In this document: piece after piece, positions 26,194-39,500 of the stretch
How positions within the stretch are numbered: the stretch's first letter is position 1
Layout: each line of letters starts with the position of its first letter
Assembly: GCA_905178155.1 (NCBI GenBank)
Contig: CAJINV010000009.1
Span: forward strand, 3,554,275 to 3,618,274
Length of the DNA: 64,000 nucleotides
Source of the DNA: Amoebophrya sp. A120
Taxonomy: Eukaryota > Protista > Dinoflagellata
Reading direction: 5' to 3'
The notes under the pieces: model-generated
Told to the model about the DNA's origin: nothing
Seen by the model: the letters and a program-made list of their open reading frames with translations, nothing else
Database searches by the model: none
Program-made: the position numbers and the translations under genes

Positions 26194-29100
26194 ATGAAGT
26201 TTGGCGCGCTTCTCCTCCGCTCCCGGGTCCCGGAGTGGACCGACCACTACCTCGATTACAATGCGGGGAAGAACAAATTGAAGCAATGCCTCAAACTGTT
26301 CTTCGCCGAGATAGAGAAACTTCGCCTAGAACAGGAGGAATTACAGAAGGAGCTGCAACCGAGAGGACCCTCCAGCGGGACAACGTCGCAAGTTTCCATG
26401 ATTGGAGGCGAAAGTACAACTACTGTCGGGAAAAAGCCTAGTTCTCCAATTGCCATGGCCGCTGCGTCCGCGAGTATGCTGAACAGCTTGAAGGACAAAG
26501 AGTCCACTTCACAGCATGGCGATCAAGAGAAGAAAAAAGTCACCAACACGGCCATTCCCCTCCACAGCGACACCTCCGACTCCGATGACGACACCTACAC
26601 CAGTGGGAAAAAACAGAAAAAACGGCAAAACACCTCATATCAAAAGGAAAAATTCCCCCACCCCATACTCAGGGATAGATTTGTATAGCATGATTTGCGA
26701 TCACAAATCGCGTTGTCATGCTAGAAGGGAAGAGATGCAGACTTTAGTGCTGGCTGGCGTGGGAAAGCTTTGCGTCTTCAGCATGACAGGAAGCAACTGG
26801 AAACGGGAAACAGCATGACAAATTTCCTGCAAAAGAAGGAGCAGTTGCATCTTTTGGCCTTCTAGCAATACAAGTTGATTTGTGGTCACAAATCAGCATC
26901 ACAAATTTCCTTTTTGATATGGGGAGGGGGGATTTTTCGTTTTGATACCTCCACAGCCTCCGCTTCCGCTACGCTGCGGCGGGCGTTTTCGATTTTGAGC
27001 GGCGGTTTCGGGGGTGGGAAGGATATCCTGAGCAAAAGTATCGTACTCGTACAAATGCTAGTCCTGCATTACAAATTTTTTTCTCAAGGTAAATCAGCAT
27101 TACAAATTCCATTTCTCATGCTGAGAAAATTTGTAATGCATTTATACGAGTACGATACTTTTGCAGTTCATAAAGGATGTGGATCAGCAAAACCAAACTG
27201 GCGCAGGTGGTCCGCATGCGTCGGGTAGTGGTGAAGATTTAGACATTGAGAACAACAACGGTAAGATTTTTCCCAAAGCGGCAAAAACAAAGCGGGAGGA
27301 GATCGAAAGGTTGGTGGAGGAGGACGCGGATAACTTAGAATTGCTTTACGAGTGTTTGGAAGATTTCTACGGCTATCTCGGGGAAGAGATGCAGAAGGTC
27401 GATAAGCATTACATCCGGACCATGTCGGCGTTAGCGAATCGATTGGAGGAAATCAGGAACACTTTCGCGGCCACGAGCTCAGGCGCAGGGAATCAACAAG
27501 GGGATAGCACCCCCGGAACAACCACTTCCGCTGGTGCAGCATCAGGCGTTGCGAAAGTGGACTCTTCGGGGAACATAAAACGGGCAATGTCGAACGAGTC
27601 GCAGAGTTCGGACGTCGGGTTGGATCTGCAGGGGTATGTCAAGCTGATGGACGCAGAAGACGGGGCTAATACTAGCACGGGAGGTCTAGTACATCATCAT
27701 CAACAGCTCGAGCTTCCGGAAAAACTGGAAGTCTTAAACGAGGATCAGCTCCTAGAAGACGAATCTCCCGACATGTTGAAGTCCAGTCTTCGGATGTGGA
27801 CCACGACGACTACACGACAGCCCACAGGAGCATCGAGCACCACCCCGCGATCTGCGAGCGGAGCTAGTGCAACAAGCGCAAGTCGTGTTGGAACATCATC
27901 AATCACCCTCGGAACCAACACCCGGAAGTTTAAGGAAACGCTCCGCGCCACCATCGTGCCGGAGGGCACCGGGAGTCGATCCGGGCTGCTGACGAAGTTG
28001 ATGACGAGTGGAGTCGGCGTAGCTGGAACAACTACGTCCTCCCGGGAGATCGTAGATTCGGGGGAAGAGGAGCAAGATGGCGAGCGGGATACGGAGAGAC
28101 GGAGCGGTTCCGTGGTGGAGAAGAACACAACTAGTGGTGCTCCTGCTGAGGAGACCACAGTTGTCGAAATGAGCAACACGGGAGTAGAAGTACTAGATCA
28201 GCCACGACTTTCCACCCAAGTCAGCCTGGCGAGCACACCATCAAATACAGCGAAAAATAACGAACAGCAGCAGCCCCATAATTCCGCATCCGCAAGTACA
28301 AAAAAAGACCACAAAGGAGCCGCAGAGAAGGAAAAGCAGAGGCAACAGCAGCAGCAGCAGAGACAAGTTTCCCGCCAGCAGGTCGATCTGATTCTCTTCC
28401 GGATCGTGAAGGACATTAAGAAACTCGAAGATTTCTGCCGGCTAAACTATTCCGGGTACAGGAAATTGATGAAGAAACACGACAAGAAAACCTCCCTAAA
28501 CACTCTCGCCACAGTGCTTCCCTTTCTCGCAGAGAACTACATCTTCCCGAACTACCAATCGAGGTTACAGTTACTCCAGGAAGAAGTGGTTCTCCTCGCC
28601 GAGCAGTTCGGGTCTGTTTCCGTTGACGATTACTGGAAATTTGACACGAGTTTTTCCGGTGGGATGGGGATAAATTACGGCAGCACCAATACATTCCGGT
28701 TCGGCACCGGCTACCTCCTCGCTTTCTTCCTGGGTGTGGTGTTCATGGCGTTGCTGGATCTGGGTGTTTTGGTCGATCTACCGGCGACGTATCCACAGTA
28801 AATTCCCCGTACACGTACAGATGCGGTTTCTGCATGACAAAACTTGGCTTCGATCCTAGTTTAGCATGACAAGTTTTACGTTTCATATTGGTGAAATTTG
28901 TGATGCATGTGGTACATGTACGGGAAATTTGTATCGCATACTACGAATCCGAACTTCAACGTGGACCACTTTTTCGACGTGTTCCCGCTGTTCCGGTTCT
29001 GCTTCATGTTCATTCTACTCCTGTGGCTGCTCGGGTGGGTTTTATCTCTGTACGAGGAATACGCGATCAACTACATTTTCCTCCTCGATATCGACCCCAA

Positions 29101-31724
29101 GTGCCAGATCCGGGCGACGGATTTCTTCGGGTACGCGGCAATCCAGACGATTTTGTGGGTGGCGTTTTTCGGCGGGTATGTTTTTTTCTGTAAGTTCAGC
29201 ATGTACGGAGCCGGGGCGGATAGGAGCGAGAAAGTGGTGGATCCGCAGTTTTTCCCGATTTGCTTGATGATCTCGCAGATTCTGTTCCTGTTTTTACCGT
29301 CCGATTCCTTCCGCCGGAAGTACCGGTGGCAGATTTTGGAGCTCATCCGGGACGTGATGTGTGCCCCGTTTGTGTTGGTGACGTTTGGGGCGAACATTGT
29401 CGGGGACATTTTAACCAGCTTCGTGAAACCGTTGTCCGATTTGGAATACACGTATTGCTACTTACTGTACATTGTCTCATTCGACACCGGGGAGGTGGAA
29501 GATTTTGGGGAGGCGAAACTGGAAAGCAGTTCTAGTACAACTCGAGCATCGCAACTCGCTGACACAACTTCTGCGCACGTACGGATAAAACACGACGTGG
29601 AATTGGACCAGGTGGCGCTACACCAAGAACACTGTAAGGAGATTTCTGGACTACTCTTGCCCTTCGTTCTCGCTCTTCCCTACTACTTCCGGTTGATGCA
29701 GTGCGTCGCGCGATTCCGGGCGACACGGGATGCGGAGTGGGAGAAGTTACTCGCGATTCAGGCAGTCGCGGATGCGGAACAAGAAAACGCGGAACTTGCA
29801 AGGAAGGAGGCGGAAGCAGCTGCTGGTGGAAATGACGATGTTGAAAATGCGGACAAAACAACCCCTCTCGTCCACAGCCCCTCGAGGCGTCTCTCCACGA
29901 GTTCGGTCTCGAGTTCCGGTGATTTGAAGCGGTCTGCCTTCGCGAAACGGGGGAAATCTGGGTCGACGCAGACAGCCTCGGCTGCGCACCACGGTACTAG
30001 TACCTCTGCTCACAACCGGCAAACAATAACCGGGTCTTCGGTCGACTTGGCGATCACAACGTCCATCCTAGATCGACCATCCACCACTCCGGGCGTCGGG
30101 CCAAACGTTGCGGATGAGGAGTTACCAGCGACGATAGCGCACGAACAGCACGAACATGGAAGTGGGAAGCAAGTTCAATCATCGAAAACCGCGCCGACTC
30201 TCCCCCCCTTCTACAAATCGCCCCATTTTTGGAACGCGGGAAAATATTGCACCGGGATTCTCGTCGTGTTTCAGCAGTACCTTACCGATGATTGGCGTGT
30301 GTGGTTGGTGATCAGCGCGGTTTCCACTTGTATCAACTGTAAAAATGTCTGGGTCTGGAAGAATGCATGTTTGTCATGCTTGTCTGGCATGGCTCTTAAA
30401 TCTGTCGTGCACGTGACCCAAGAGCGCCACTGTTCTGTGATGCAGAAACGCAGTTTGTCATGCAGAATAGGCAACACCTAGAAGCTCAGAAACTTGTCAT
30501 GCTGAGCCAGCATTTGTGGCCTCATCATGAGACGCCATCCAGCATCACAAGTTTCCAGACCCAGATATTTTTACATTTGATAACTTGCTACATGCTCACG
30601 TGGGACATGTACATGGACTGGAATTTGGTTTGGAATCCGATTTATGCAATGCAAAAGCATCGTACTAGTAGTAATCGCATTACAAATTTGCTCAGCATGA
30701 AAAATGGAATTGCTCATGCTGAAGATTTACCTTGAAAAAGAAACTTGTCATGCATAAATGCAGTTACTGTTACTACGAGTGCGATACTTTTGCACAGCAT
30801 ACGACTCCCTATCTACGCTATCAGTTCTTCAAATTTTTGCACAAAAACTACCAATTATTGAAACCGATTTTGAAGTTTCTGGGGTTGCAGAGCTTGGTTG
30901 CAGGCGGGGGAAATAACAATAAAGCGGGTAATATTGCTGGTGGACTACAGGATTCGTCCACACAAGACAGAAACAGTTCACGCGAAAATATTAACTCCAT
31001 GACGATGAGCAACCGCGCCACCATCGGGATCCACCACGCTTTAGAGTATGAATTGCAAAAGTATCGTACTCGTATAAATGCATTACAAATTTCCGCCTCA
31101 GTGTGAGAGATAAAATTTGTAATGCTGATTCGCCTTAAGAGAAAGATTTGTAATGCATGATTGCAAGAATACGAGTACGATACTTTTGCACAGGATATAG
31201 AGCACGCGAACACGACGTTGCACGAACCGTTACTCGGCGCAAACACCAAGCATCACAAACAGTTCAATAAGGACAAGGTGCTGATTCACGAACGAGCAAG
31301 TGAAATTCACGAGAAGCACCGGTTTGAGCACGTGGCGCCGGACAGGACGAAATTGTACCCGGAGCACTATTATCTCTGGATCCCGGTGCTGAACTTTTTC
31401 CTGCGGTTCACGTGGATTTTAACCATCGTCCCCACCCCGGCGTATTTATTGCAGGCGTACTTCTTCGCGGACAGCAGTGGTGGTGCGAGCAATACAGATT
31501 CGACGAGCCAGCCGGTCGTCGCTTCATTATCCGTTTCAGAAAACTTGATCATCTTCCTCGCAGCCGCCGGAGAAATCTACCGCCGCGCCCAGTGGGCGTT
31601 ACTGAGGCTGGAGAACGAGCACTTGACAAACGCGAGTCACTACCGTGCTTTTTGTTGGGTGCCCCCAGTACACGCGACGCCGAGCGGCGGGAAGCTGTTT
31701 AACAGTGGGAATGTGAAAATTTGA
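26194..31724 (+). CDS. SPX-EXS domain protein, XPR1/SYG1/PHO1-like phosphate exporter
   Basis: SPX start MKFGALL..PEWTDHYLDYNAGK and LNYSGYRKLMKKHDKK; EXS motifs GDILTS, NAGKY, YMLTWDMYMDW, EIYRRAQWALLRLENEH. Six introners. Confidence 0.92.
26638..26947. mobile_element. Introner family D
   Basis: TSD CCTCA/CCTCC. Confidence 0.88.
27024..27172. mobile_element. Introner family B
   Basis: TSD AAGGA; join GKDVDQ. Confidence 0.9.
28790..28940. mobile_element. Introner family I
   Basis: TSD CGACG/CTACG. Confidence 0.88.
30331..30582. mobile_element. Introner family A
   Basis: TSD ACTTG; join STCYMLTWD. Confidence 0.9.
30643..30801. mobile_element. Introner family B
   Basis: TSD CGATT/CGACT. 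Confidence 0.87.
31047..31197. mobile_element. Introner family B
   Basis: TSD TAGAG. Confidence 0.9.
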
Positions 31725-32539
31725 GCAATGAAGTAGAGTGTTCGACGGGGACGGAATAACATGTTTTGAAAACAGTATCACGAAGATCATTTGGGTTTAG
31801 ATTTACAACTTCTTCAAGCAGTTGGTGATGTGTGTACAGTTTCTTTGCAGCACGAGTTTCGATGTCGACCATAATAAATAGCCTTGATTTATTTCGGGCC
31901 CTTCTTGTACGTATCTATACGGGTTTGATTCCGGACAAGAACGAACAAGACATATTTTGCACAGCGCAACCAGAATTTCACGCAGAAATAACGTGCTCCT
32001 CAGAACTATTCATAACGATAACCAACTGCAGGAGTATACGAAGCAGATGGAAAGCTGACCCTGTAGTACTAGCAGCTTTTTGCAGCTGTGCAAACAAGAT
32101 TCTCTCGTGTTCGAGTTGGAGCGCCTGCTCGGCGCTCCAAGTTATCATACCTGCGAGCAGTGAACTCCATGTGGATGCCCCCGCAGTGAAGAATTGCAAA
32201 AAAGACTTCTTTGTTGCTACGCTGATCATTGATTTCAAATCATGAAGTTGAAGATCCGCATCATCTACTTCTTCGATTGAGTAGGTTAAAGATTTGGAAC
32301 ATCAGCGAAGTACTTGTCAGCAAACTTTTAATAACAGATATAATGAGGACCACGATGAAAACCCGACAAGGAAGATGAGGCTTCAGATTTAACTACATTT
32401 GAGGGGCGACAACAAGACCACTAGAGACCGCACCGAGACGATTTGTAATTGACACAACTTTTGTAATTCGTAATCGTAGTGTTTTTTTCCAAGCAAACAA
32501 GAAAAGGAGAAGAGCATTTCTCTGCTGCTTTTCAGAAAG

Positions 32540-35500
32540 ATGGCCAAGAACTACGGCACAAAACCACTGCAATCCGCCTCCGCGGCCAGGCCAGAAAGGA
32601 TGTTGCGCAGTGTCGCGTCCTCTGAAACCCCCGAGGGCGCTGGCGTGACGTCGGACCAGATTCATTTTCCCGTACTGCAACCTAGTTGCGGGTCTGCAGC
32701 TCCTGCACCAGAGAGTGACGATAGGCTCGGACGTGCGTGTGGCGAAGCTACACGTCGAGAAATCCAGCAAACACGCAGCCCCTCAACTACAGTTCAACGA
32801 TTCATGCCACTGAACACACAAGGTTTACAACTTGAGCGTTCAAGAACTTCCTTCCGGCATCCCAGGACGACGAATTCGTCATCGTCAACATCCGGTTCCA
32901 GAAGTACAGAGTCAGGTAGGAAGAACAGCATCAGCTTCATCGCGGATCATTCTGTAGGTAGTCCGGGCGACGTTTTGGTTTTATCGCCAAAGTTGGAGCA
33001 GATAAAAAGAAGACGAATAAAGCATGTCCTCACGCAACAAGCACCACGACCGTTTCCCGCGCAGCGACAGAGAGCCGCTTCACGGAGAGCAGAGCAGGGT
33101 CGTGTATTTACCGGAGCGGGGATGAAGGTTTTTGCAGCCGGAGGGCATCAAGTTCAAGAAGTTTCTACTAGACGAAGATCCAGTGCAAAAAATCATGACG
33201 CCACTGCAACAGGAGCACCACAAGAAGGTCGTGGGTACCTCCCTCTTTCAAATTCCGGTACTATTCCCGCGGCTAGCACTAGCACTTCTTCCCCGTCTTC
33301 TAGCTCATCTTCATCAACGATAACATACAGCAAGAAAAAAACCTCCTCCGCCCGAATTCTCTGCAAACTGAAGACATTTTTCAGATTGTTCCTCTCCCTC
33401 GCTGGAACCGCTATGACGATCCCTGGCGCCCTCGCCCAGTCTTACCCCGGCGGACTAGCGCACACGTCTGCCCCCCATCTAGAACACGGGTGGACCGACA
33501 ACAGTTATGCGAAGATCATCGCGAACTCCGAAAAAATCTTGAAGTCCAACGTGTACATCCACAGGCTGTTGGCCGAAGACCAGATCCAAGCGAACTACGG
33601 ACGGGCACATTACAACAGTATTCATTGGAAATTCAAATTTTTGCTGTCTGATTGTCTGATCGACGTATTACCTGATTGTCATGCAGGAGCATATCTATGA
33701 CCTTCACCCTCGCAAGTGGACACCTTTTGCTTACTGGAAACAAAACAAAATATAACAGAGAAGTACCCCTTCACATTAGCCTGGCACCTCCAGCGACAGT
33801 CGGGGCGGTGGGTCTGTTCATTGCCGGAAAAGGCAAATGATGAGTCGTTGAAATCGGAAGAAACGCTGTTATCCGTTTTGAACACGTTGTTTAGCCGGTT
33901 TATGCACGACAAACTCCTGGAGTATCACGATCTGGAGCCCGCGAAATACGTTTCATCGAGGGTATAAATAGAAGATGCTGCTACTTTTTTTACAAACAAG
34001 ATAAAATCGCCGAGGACCACTTTGTCATGCGTTTTTGCCCGCAGGGCACCCGGCTCGTCTTGCTGGAGGACTTCAATGAAGATGCGCATCATGCTGAAAA
34101 AAACCTCTATCAGGTTGAAATCGACCTAGCAACGAAGATCCCGCACATGGACCTTGCGGATAGCCAACTGCTGCGATGGATGGTCAACTTGGTAGTGGAT
34201 CTGCACTACCCGTTTAACCTGGGCTTCCCCGACGCACCCGAGGACACGCTGGATACAATGTATAATTTCATTGCAAGAGCTTCATGTTGCATAGAAAACT
34301 TCTATGCATGACAAACTAGCTCTCTGACGGATCTTTGTGCAATACAAATTTCTTTTCTCAGGTACAACCTCGACCAGCAGCCGCTCGCGAAGCTCTGGAC
34401 CTCGATGCAGGACAAAATCATCCTTGCCATCGATTCCAACGCCGACCTCGACGAAACGAAAAACATCGACATCTCCGACCAGCACCCGTTTGAGCTCTTC
34501 TTCCAGTGGGCGAGCGAGACCACGAAGATCGTATCCAAGAAAAAAAGCGCGTAAGTGTAACTTTGTAGGACGCATAGCATGACAGATTCGCTTTGCGTAT
34601 ACATAAAAAACCTGTTATGCGCAGCTAGTTGCTAGTAAGTGAAAACTAACACATATGAAGCGAGCTTATGACGCACACCCAGCATGACAAGCGTAGCTGT
34701 CTTGCGGTCTCTGCATGACAGACTTACACATCATACGCACTTTTTTTGTCGCATAGATCGCGTGCGACATCTACCGGGATGTATCTTCCAATTCGGACGA
34801 ATTTCCCAAGCAGTACATGGTCTCCGCGCAAGTTTTATGCACTGCAAACGTATCGTATTCGTAGTAATCGCAGTCATGCATTACAAATCTAGTAATCAAG
34901 GTCATTCCGCATTACAAATTACCTTTGTAATGCTGAGCCAATTTGTAATGCCATTTTATACTAGTACCTACGATAGTTTTGCAGTTCACAAGTTTACGCA
35001 AAGTGGGAGAAAATCTTGCAGAAAAGGATGGAGGAGGCGGCGAAACACGTCGTGATTTTTCTCAAGTATAGCACTTATCGAGATCATGATCTACATCTAT
35101 GACTATGTTATAGGAGTTTGCGAAGTGGAAGTTGTACACACTAAATCTGTCAGCTTCTACCTTACAGATTGCAAAAATTCAATGCAAATCAAGATCTAAT
35201 AAATTGTCAATAAATTATGTAAAGGAACATCGCCCTCCACAAGGCCCACCGAAAAGCTGTGGCCCAGGGCAAAGGCCGACACCACCCACGAAAGCACTGG
35301 AAACGGGATTTTTTTCGAAACCTCTGCGTCGCGGCGGTTCTCATCCCCGCATTTCTATGAGAGTGCACAACTCCCCCTTCCCCTCATTTGTATAGCATGA
35401 ACTGCAATACAAGCATCAGCAAGTGTGCCGCTCTTGCATGACAACTTTGCACTGCATTGTAGTGCTATATGGACTACCCCCAGAACTTGTCATGCAAACA

Positions 35501-35731
35501 GTGCCAAGAGGCAAAGGGTGGATTGGGTATTTTGTATGGCAAACGAGGGGGAGGGGGAGTTGTGCACTGTCATAGCCTCTCTGGCTGATGCAGAAATTTG
35601 AGAAGCAGCAGAACATCTTCAAGATTCTCTTCAACAATAGCAAGTACGCGGAAGGGTGGGGCAGCGCGATCGGCGGGACACACAACGTGTTCGGTGGCGC
35701 AACGTCGAGCAAGGAGCTGAGGAAACTGTAG
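32540..35731 (+). CDS. Divergent S1/P1 nuclease-like protein with C-terminal membrane anchor (start uncertain)
   Basis: WMVNLVVDLHYPFNLGF, KLWTSM, spliced WASETTKIACDIY, KRMEEAAKHVVIFL; hydrophobic tail LCVAAVLIPAFLWLM. Confidence 0.6.
34532..34755. mobile_element. Introner family J (TATCCAAGAAAAAAA..GTGTAA)
   Basis: TSD GATCG; join TKIACD. Confidence 0.88.
34836..34990. mobile_element. Introner family B
   Basis: TSD AGTTT; right terminus CA. Confidence 0.85.
35356..35574. mobile_element. Introner family H (TIR TATGAGAGTGCACAACTCCCC)
   Basis: Clear TIR; flanks ATTTC/GCCTC diverged. Confidence 0.85.
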
Positions 35732-36554
35732 TGGGTGTGAGTTATCGACGGCTACTGAAATCAATCCAAGATTTTTTTCAACCAGAACCAAAATCCTCAA
35801 AGCAAAACCTAAATTTCGAATAATCAATAGAAGAGAACAAGCGCAGCGCGCGCATGATAACAAACATCTCAATAAAGTTAAGTAACATATTCACCAGCGA
35901 GTTTTTTCACATTGGTTTTTTATTCGATTTCCCGGGCAGAATAGAAATTCTGTCGAGAACTGCAGTTGAAGGAAAAGCGACAACGTCAGTGGAGACACCA
36001 CGGATACCTGAAAATGAAAGCGACACTCGACGTGTACAGTGTTGGCCAACACATCGAGATGACAAGCGCGACGTGCGCCTGTGATCCTGGGTGGTCAACG
36101 AAAGTGAAGCAACTGCCTATCCTGTAGGATAGAAGTTCTTGCGTCAACAGTATCAGTTACGTTATAATTGTCTTTCTTCATCGAGCTGGCTGCAGTTTCC
36201 AACCGACGTTGGAACTTTGTGATTAGACCTTGTGAAGAAAAAGAGGGTACTAGTTGTAGGAGCAGTTATGTCTACTTCACTGTGTCGCTCGCCTACCGCC
36301 TACGCAAGGGAGCGCAGCACTAGCGACGCGCCGCGCCGCTACGCCGAGCGTAAGATAGAATAACCACGACCGGAGAGCTGCAGGTGCGCTATGTCGAGAA
36401 TGAGAAGTAGTAGAGTGTGGTTTCTCTTTCTTGAGTAGACTGGTGGTTGTTCAAGAAGAAGGCTAGTACTTGTATCTACACAGCGTCGGCCTAGTTCTAG
36501 TTCATCACGTTCTTCGTACCATAATAAAGCAAAAAGCACAGCGCACCAAAAAGG

Positions 36555-39500
36555 ATGAATCTCATTTCGACCGGCCGCGACAGCGGCCTGATGCTGCGCC
36601 GCCGGTCTTCCTCCCAGATGGCCGAGCAGGCGAGCATGGGAGTGACGCCAAAGCACATTTTCGACCAACTCGCTTCCGGTGCCGGAAACTCCGGGAGCTT
36701 CTTGTTGGACAACATGAATTTGAAGCGGAAAATCCACGTTCTGCTCGAGAATCGATGTACTTTTACCATGCTCTAGTACACGTGCAGCATGACGTCTCTC
36801 TTGGTCTCACGGCTCCATATCACATGCAGGACAAACCCAGCATCTTATGCATAATGTGCAATATCAATTTTAAATGGGAAAACGAAAATCAAAATCATAA
36901 CAGCCGTTACCCACTTCATTCACCTGTCCATCTGTCTTTCCATTCTCTGCGTCATCTTCGAGACCCTATCCAGGAAAAAACACCCATCCCCATCCATTTT
37001 TTGCATGACAAATAGTGGATTTTATGCATGTTTTGCATGACAAATTGGATGGGGATGGGTGTTTTTTCCTGGATAGACCCATTGGCGCTCCTACGAGGAA
37101 TTTTGGAACGTGATGGAGATCTATTTCACGACGATTTTCACGATCGAATTTGGTCTCCGATGGTACGCCTACATCCCCATCGAGAAAATGATGGTCAACG
37201 CCCGCTGGAGCTGCAGAACTCCTACTTCGGACGATGAAAACGCGTACCTTTCTCCGTATTACAGGAGAGCCGGGCGGTTTGACTTCCTGACGAGGTCCTG
37301 GCTGAATCTGCTGGATTTCTTCAGCATTTTACCGCTGTATCTGTCGGCGGTGTTTTCCCTGCTGGACCTGGTTTTGTCGGACGAAAACAACAGTGACGAT
37401 AATTCCTCGACCACTTCAAATTCCTCATCTTCCAACGAGCAGCACGCGATGGACGTTATCAATGCTCTCCGGGTGTTGCGGATCTTTCGGTTGATGAAGA
37501 TTTTGCGGAATTTGAACCCCTCCGGGTTTTACCTAATGTACCAAACCTTGAAGCGGAGCTACACCGGGATCTCGATCTTGGCGTTTTTCCTCTCGGTGTT
37601 TCTGTGTCTCTTCTCCTCTGTCATGTACTACGCGGAGATGCAGGAGTGTCCGAGTAAGGGGCTGCTTTTGAAGGATTTCCGGTACGAGTTTGAAGGGACC
37701 ACAACAGCAAGTGCTATTGCCGGCGGTGCGACAATATTAAGCAGCACGTCAACCGAACAAGAGATCCTGGCCGAATACCGCGAAGCGTGCGCAGCCTCTA
37801 CTTCCGGATTTACGAAGAATCTGCCCTTCCTCTACCCGGGGCGAAATCCACTGATGTTCCAAACAACATCTGCCCAAGCTGTCACTACTATCGTGCCTGT
37901 AGGTGCTGGTGGTACTGTAGTACAGCATCAAATCAGCGCAGCTTCCTCGGGTAGTACGGGTTCCATCAACGCCTTCGAGCACGACATGAGCAAGGCCTAC
38001 CTCTGTTGCGATTTGCAGCAGGGGCACGAGGCGTCGGAGAATTTTCCCTCGGTTCTCGCCGCAGCGTGGTGGGCGGTGTATCAAATGCAAAGATGTCTGG
38101 GTCTGGAAGGTTGCAAGACTTGTCATGCAGATCTTCCATGACCCATAACGCCAGCAATGCATGACGTAGCATCACAGACTTTCAGACGGCTTCCTGATGC
38201 CTACTCCGCATGAGAAATGGCCTGTTCCCATGGCGCAGACTGGACTTCTCTTGCTGGTCATGCAATACAGATTTGCTTAGAGTCCAGAGATTGCATGACA
38301 AGTTGCAAAATTCCAGACCCAGACATATTTGCAATGCATACGGTGGTCACGATGACGACGGTCGGGTACGGGGATTACGTCCCTGTGACTTTTTTCGGCA
38401 AGGTGGTCGGGATGATCACCATGTTGAGCTACGCAATGGAAAACTATCGCACTTTGGTAGAAAAAATAGCATCACAAATAATTATTTTGGCAAGAACAAA
38501 AGTGGAATTTGTAATGCGGTTTTCCGTTTGGAAAGAGATTTGTCATGCGTGAATGCAATTTGTACGAGTGCGATGCTTTTGCAATGCATATGAGCGGAAT
38601 TTTGGTGATTTCCATGCCGGCGGCCATCATCGGCTCAAAATTCCAGGAAGTTTTGGAAGAGTACGAGTTGCGGAGGTACAAGACGTTGAAAAATAATACT
38701 AGCGGGAGTTCCAATTCAGGAGTAGAACATCAAGGTACAGGTGTAGCACAGAATAGAGACAAGACCGCAGAACATGAACAGCAAGACTCCAATCAACAAG
38801 CCATCGGAGCTGCACCCGCAATAGGCACGACCCGGCGGCCGTCTAGCCTGAAGAAATTTGTGCCGGACGATCTGCAAAGGATAGCGGAGGGGAAGGAGGA
38901 AGAAGACAGTGGGGCGAAGACGAATAGCGGAAAACTGGATGAAGCAACCGAGAGAATTGGAAGTGCAGCAGACAAAGAGTTGTCTTTTCGCCTGCAACCG
39001 ACCAGGCTGTTCACCACGGGAGAGGAGGAAGACGAGAAACACAACCTGAATCGCATCAGCGAGGGGACAGCTGTAACTTCAACATCCCAGACAGAACAGG
39101 TAATATTTTCCACCGCCAAGGGTGAACAACACGCACTTCCCCCGCCCAGAATATGAGAGTGCACAACTCCCCCTCCCCCTCATTTGTAATGAAAAATACC
39201 AAATTCACACCTTGCTCGTAGGCACTGTTAGCATGACAAATTTTGGATCCTCAAATAGTACTACAATCCGCATGCAGATTTGTCATGCGAAAGCCCCTTT
39301 TCTGCTGTCGCTTGTGTTGCTGTTCATGCAATACAAATGAGGGGGAGGGGGAGTTGTGCACTCTCATACATCAGAAGTGTCGGTTTTCATTCGGAGGAAG
39401 AAGAAGACGAGGAGGATTCCACCAGCGTCGACGCAAGCAGTTTGCACTATGGGACTCTCAAATGTTACATTCTCAACTGTTACACGATTTGTAATGCAAA

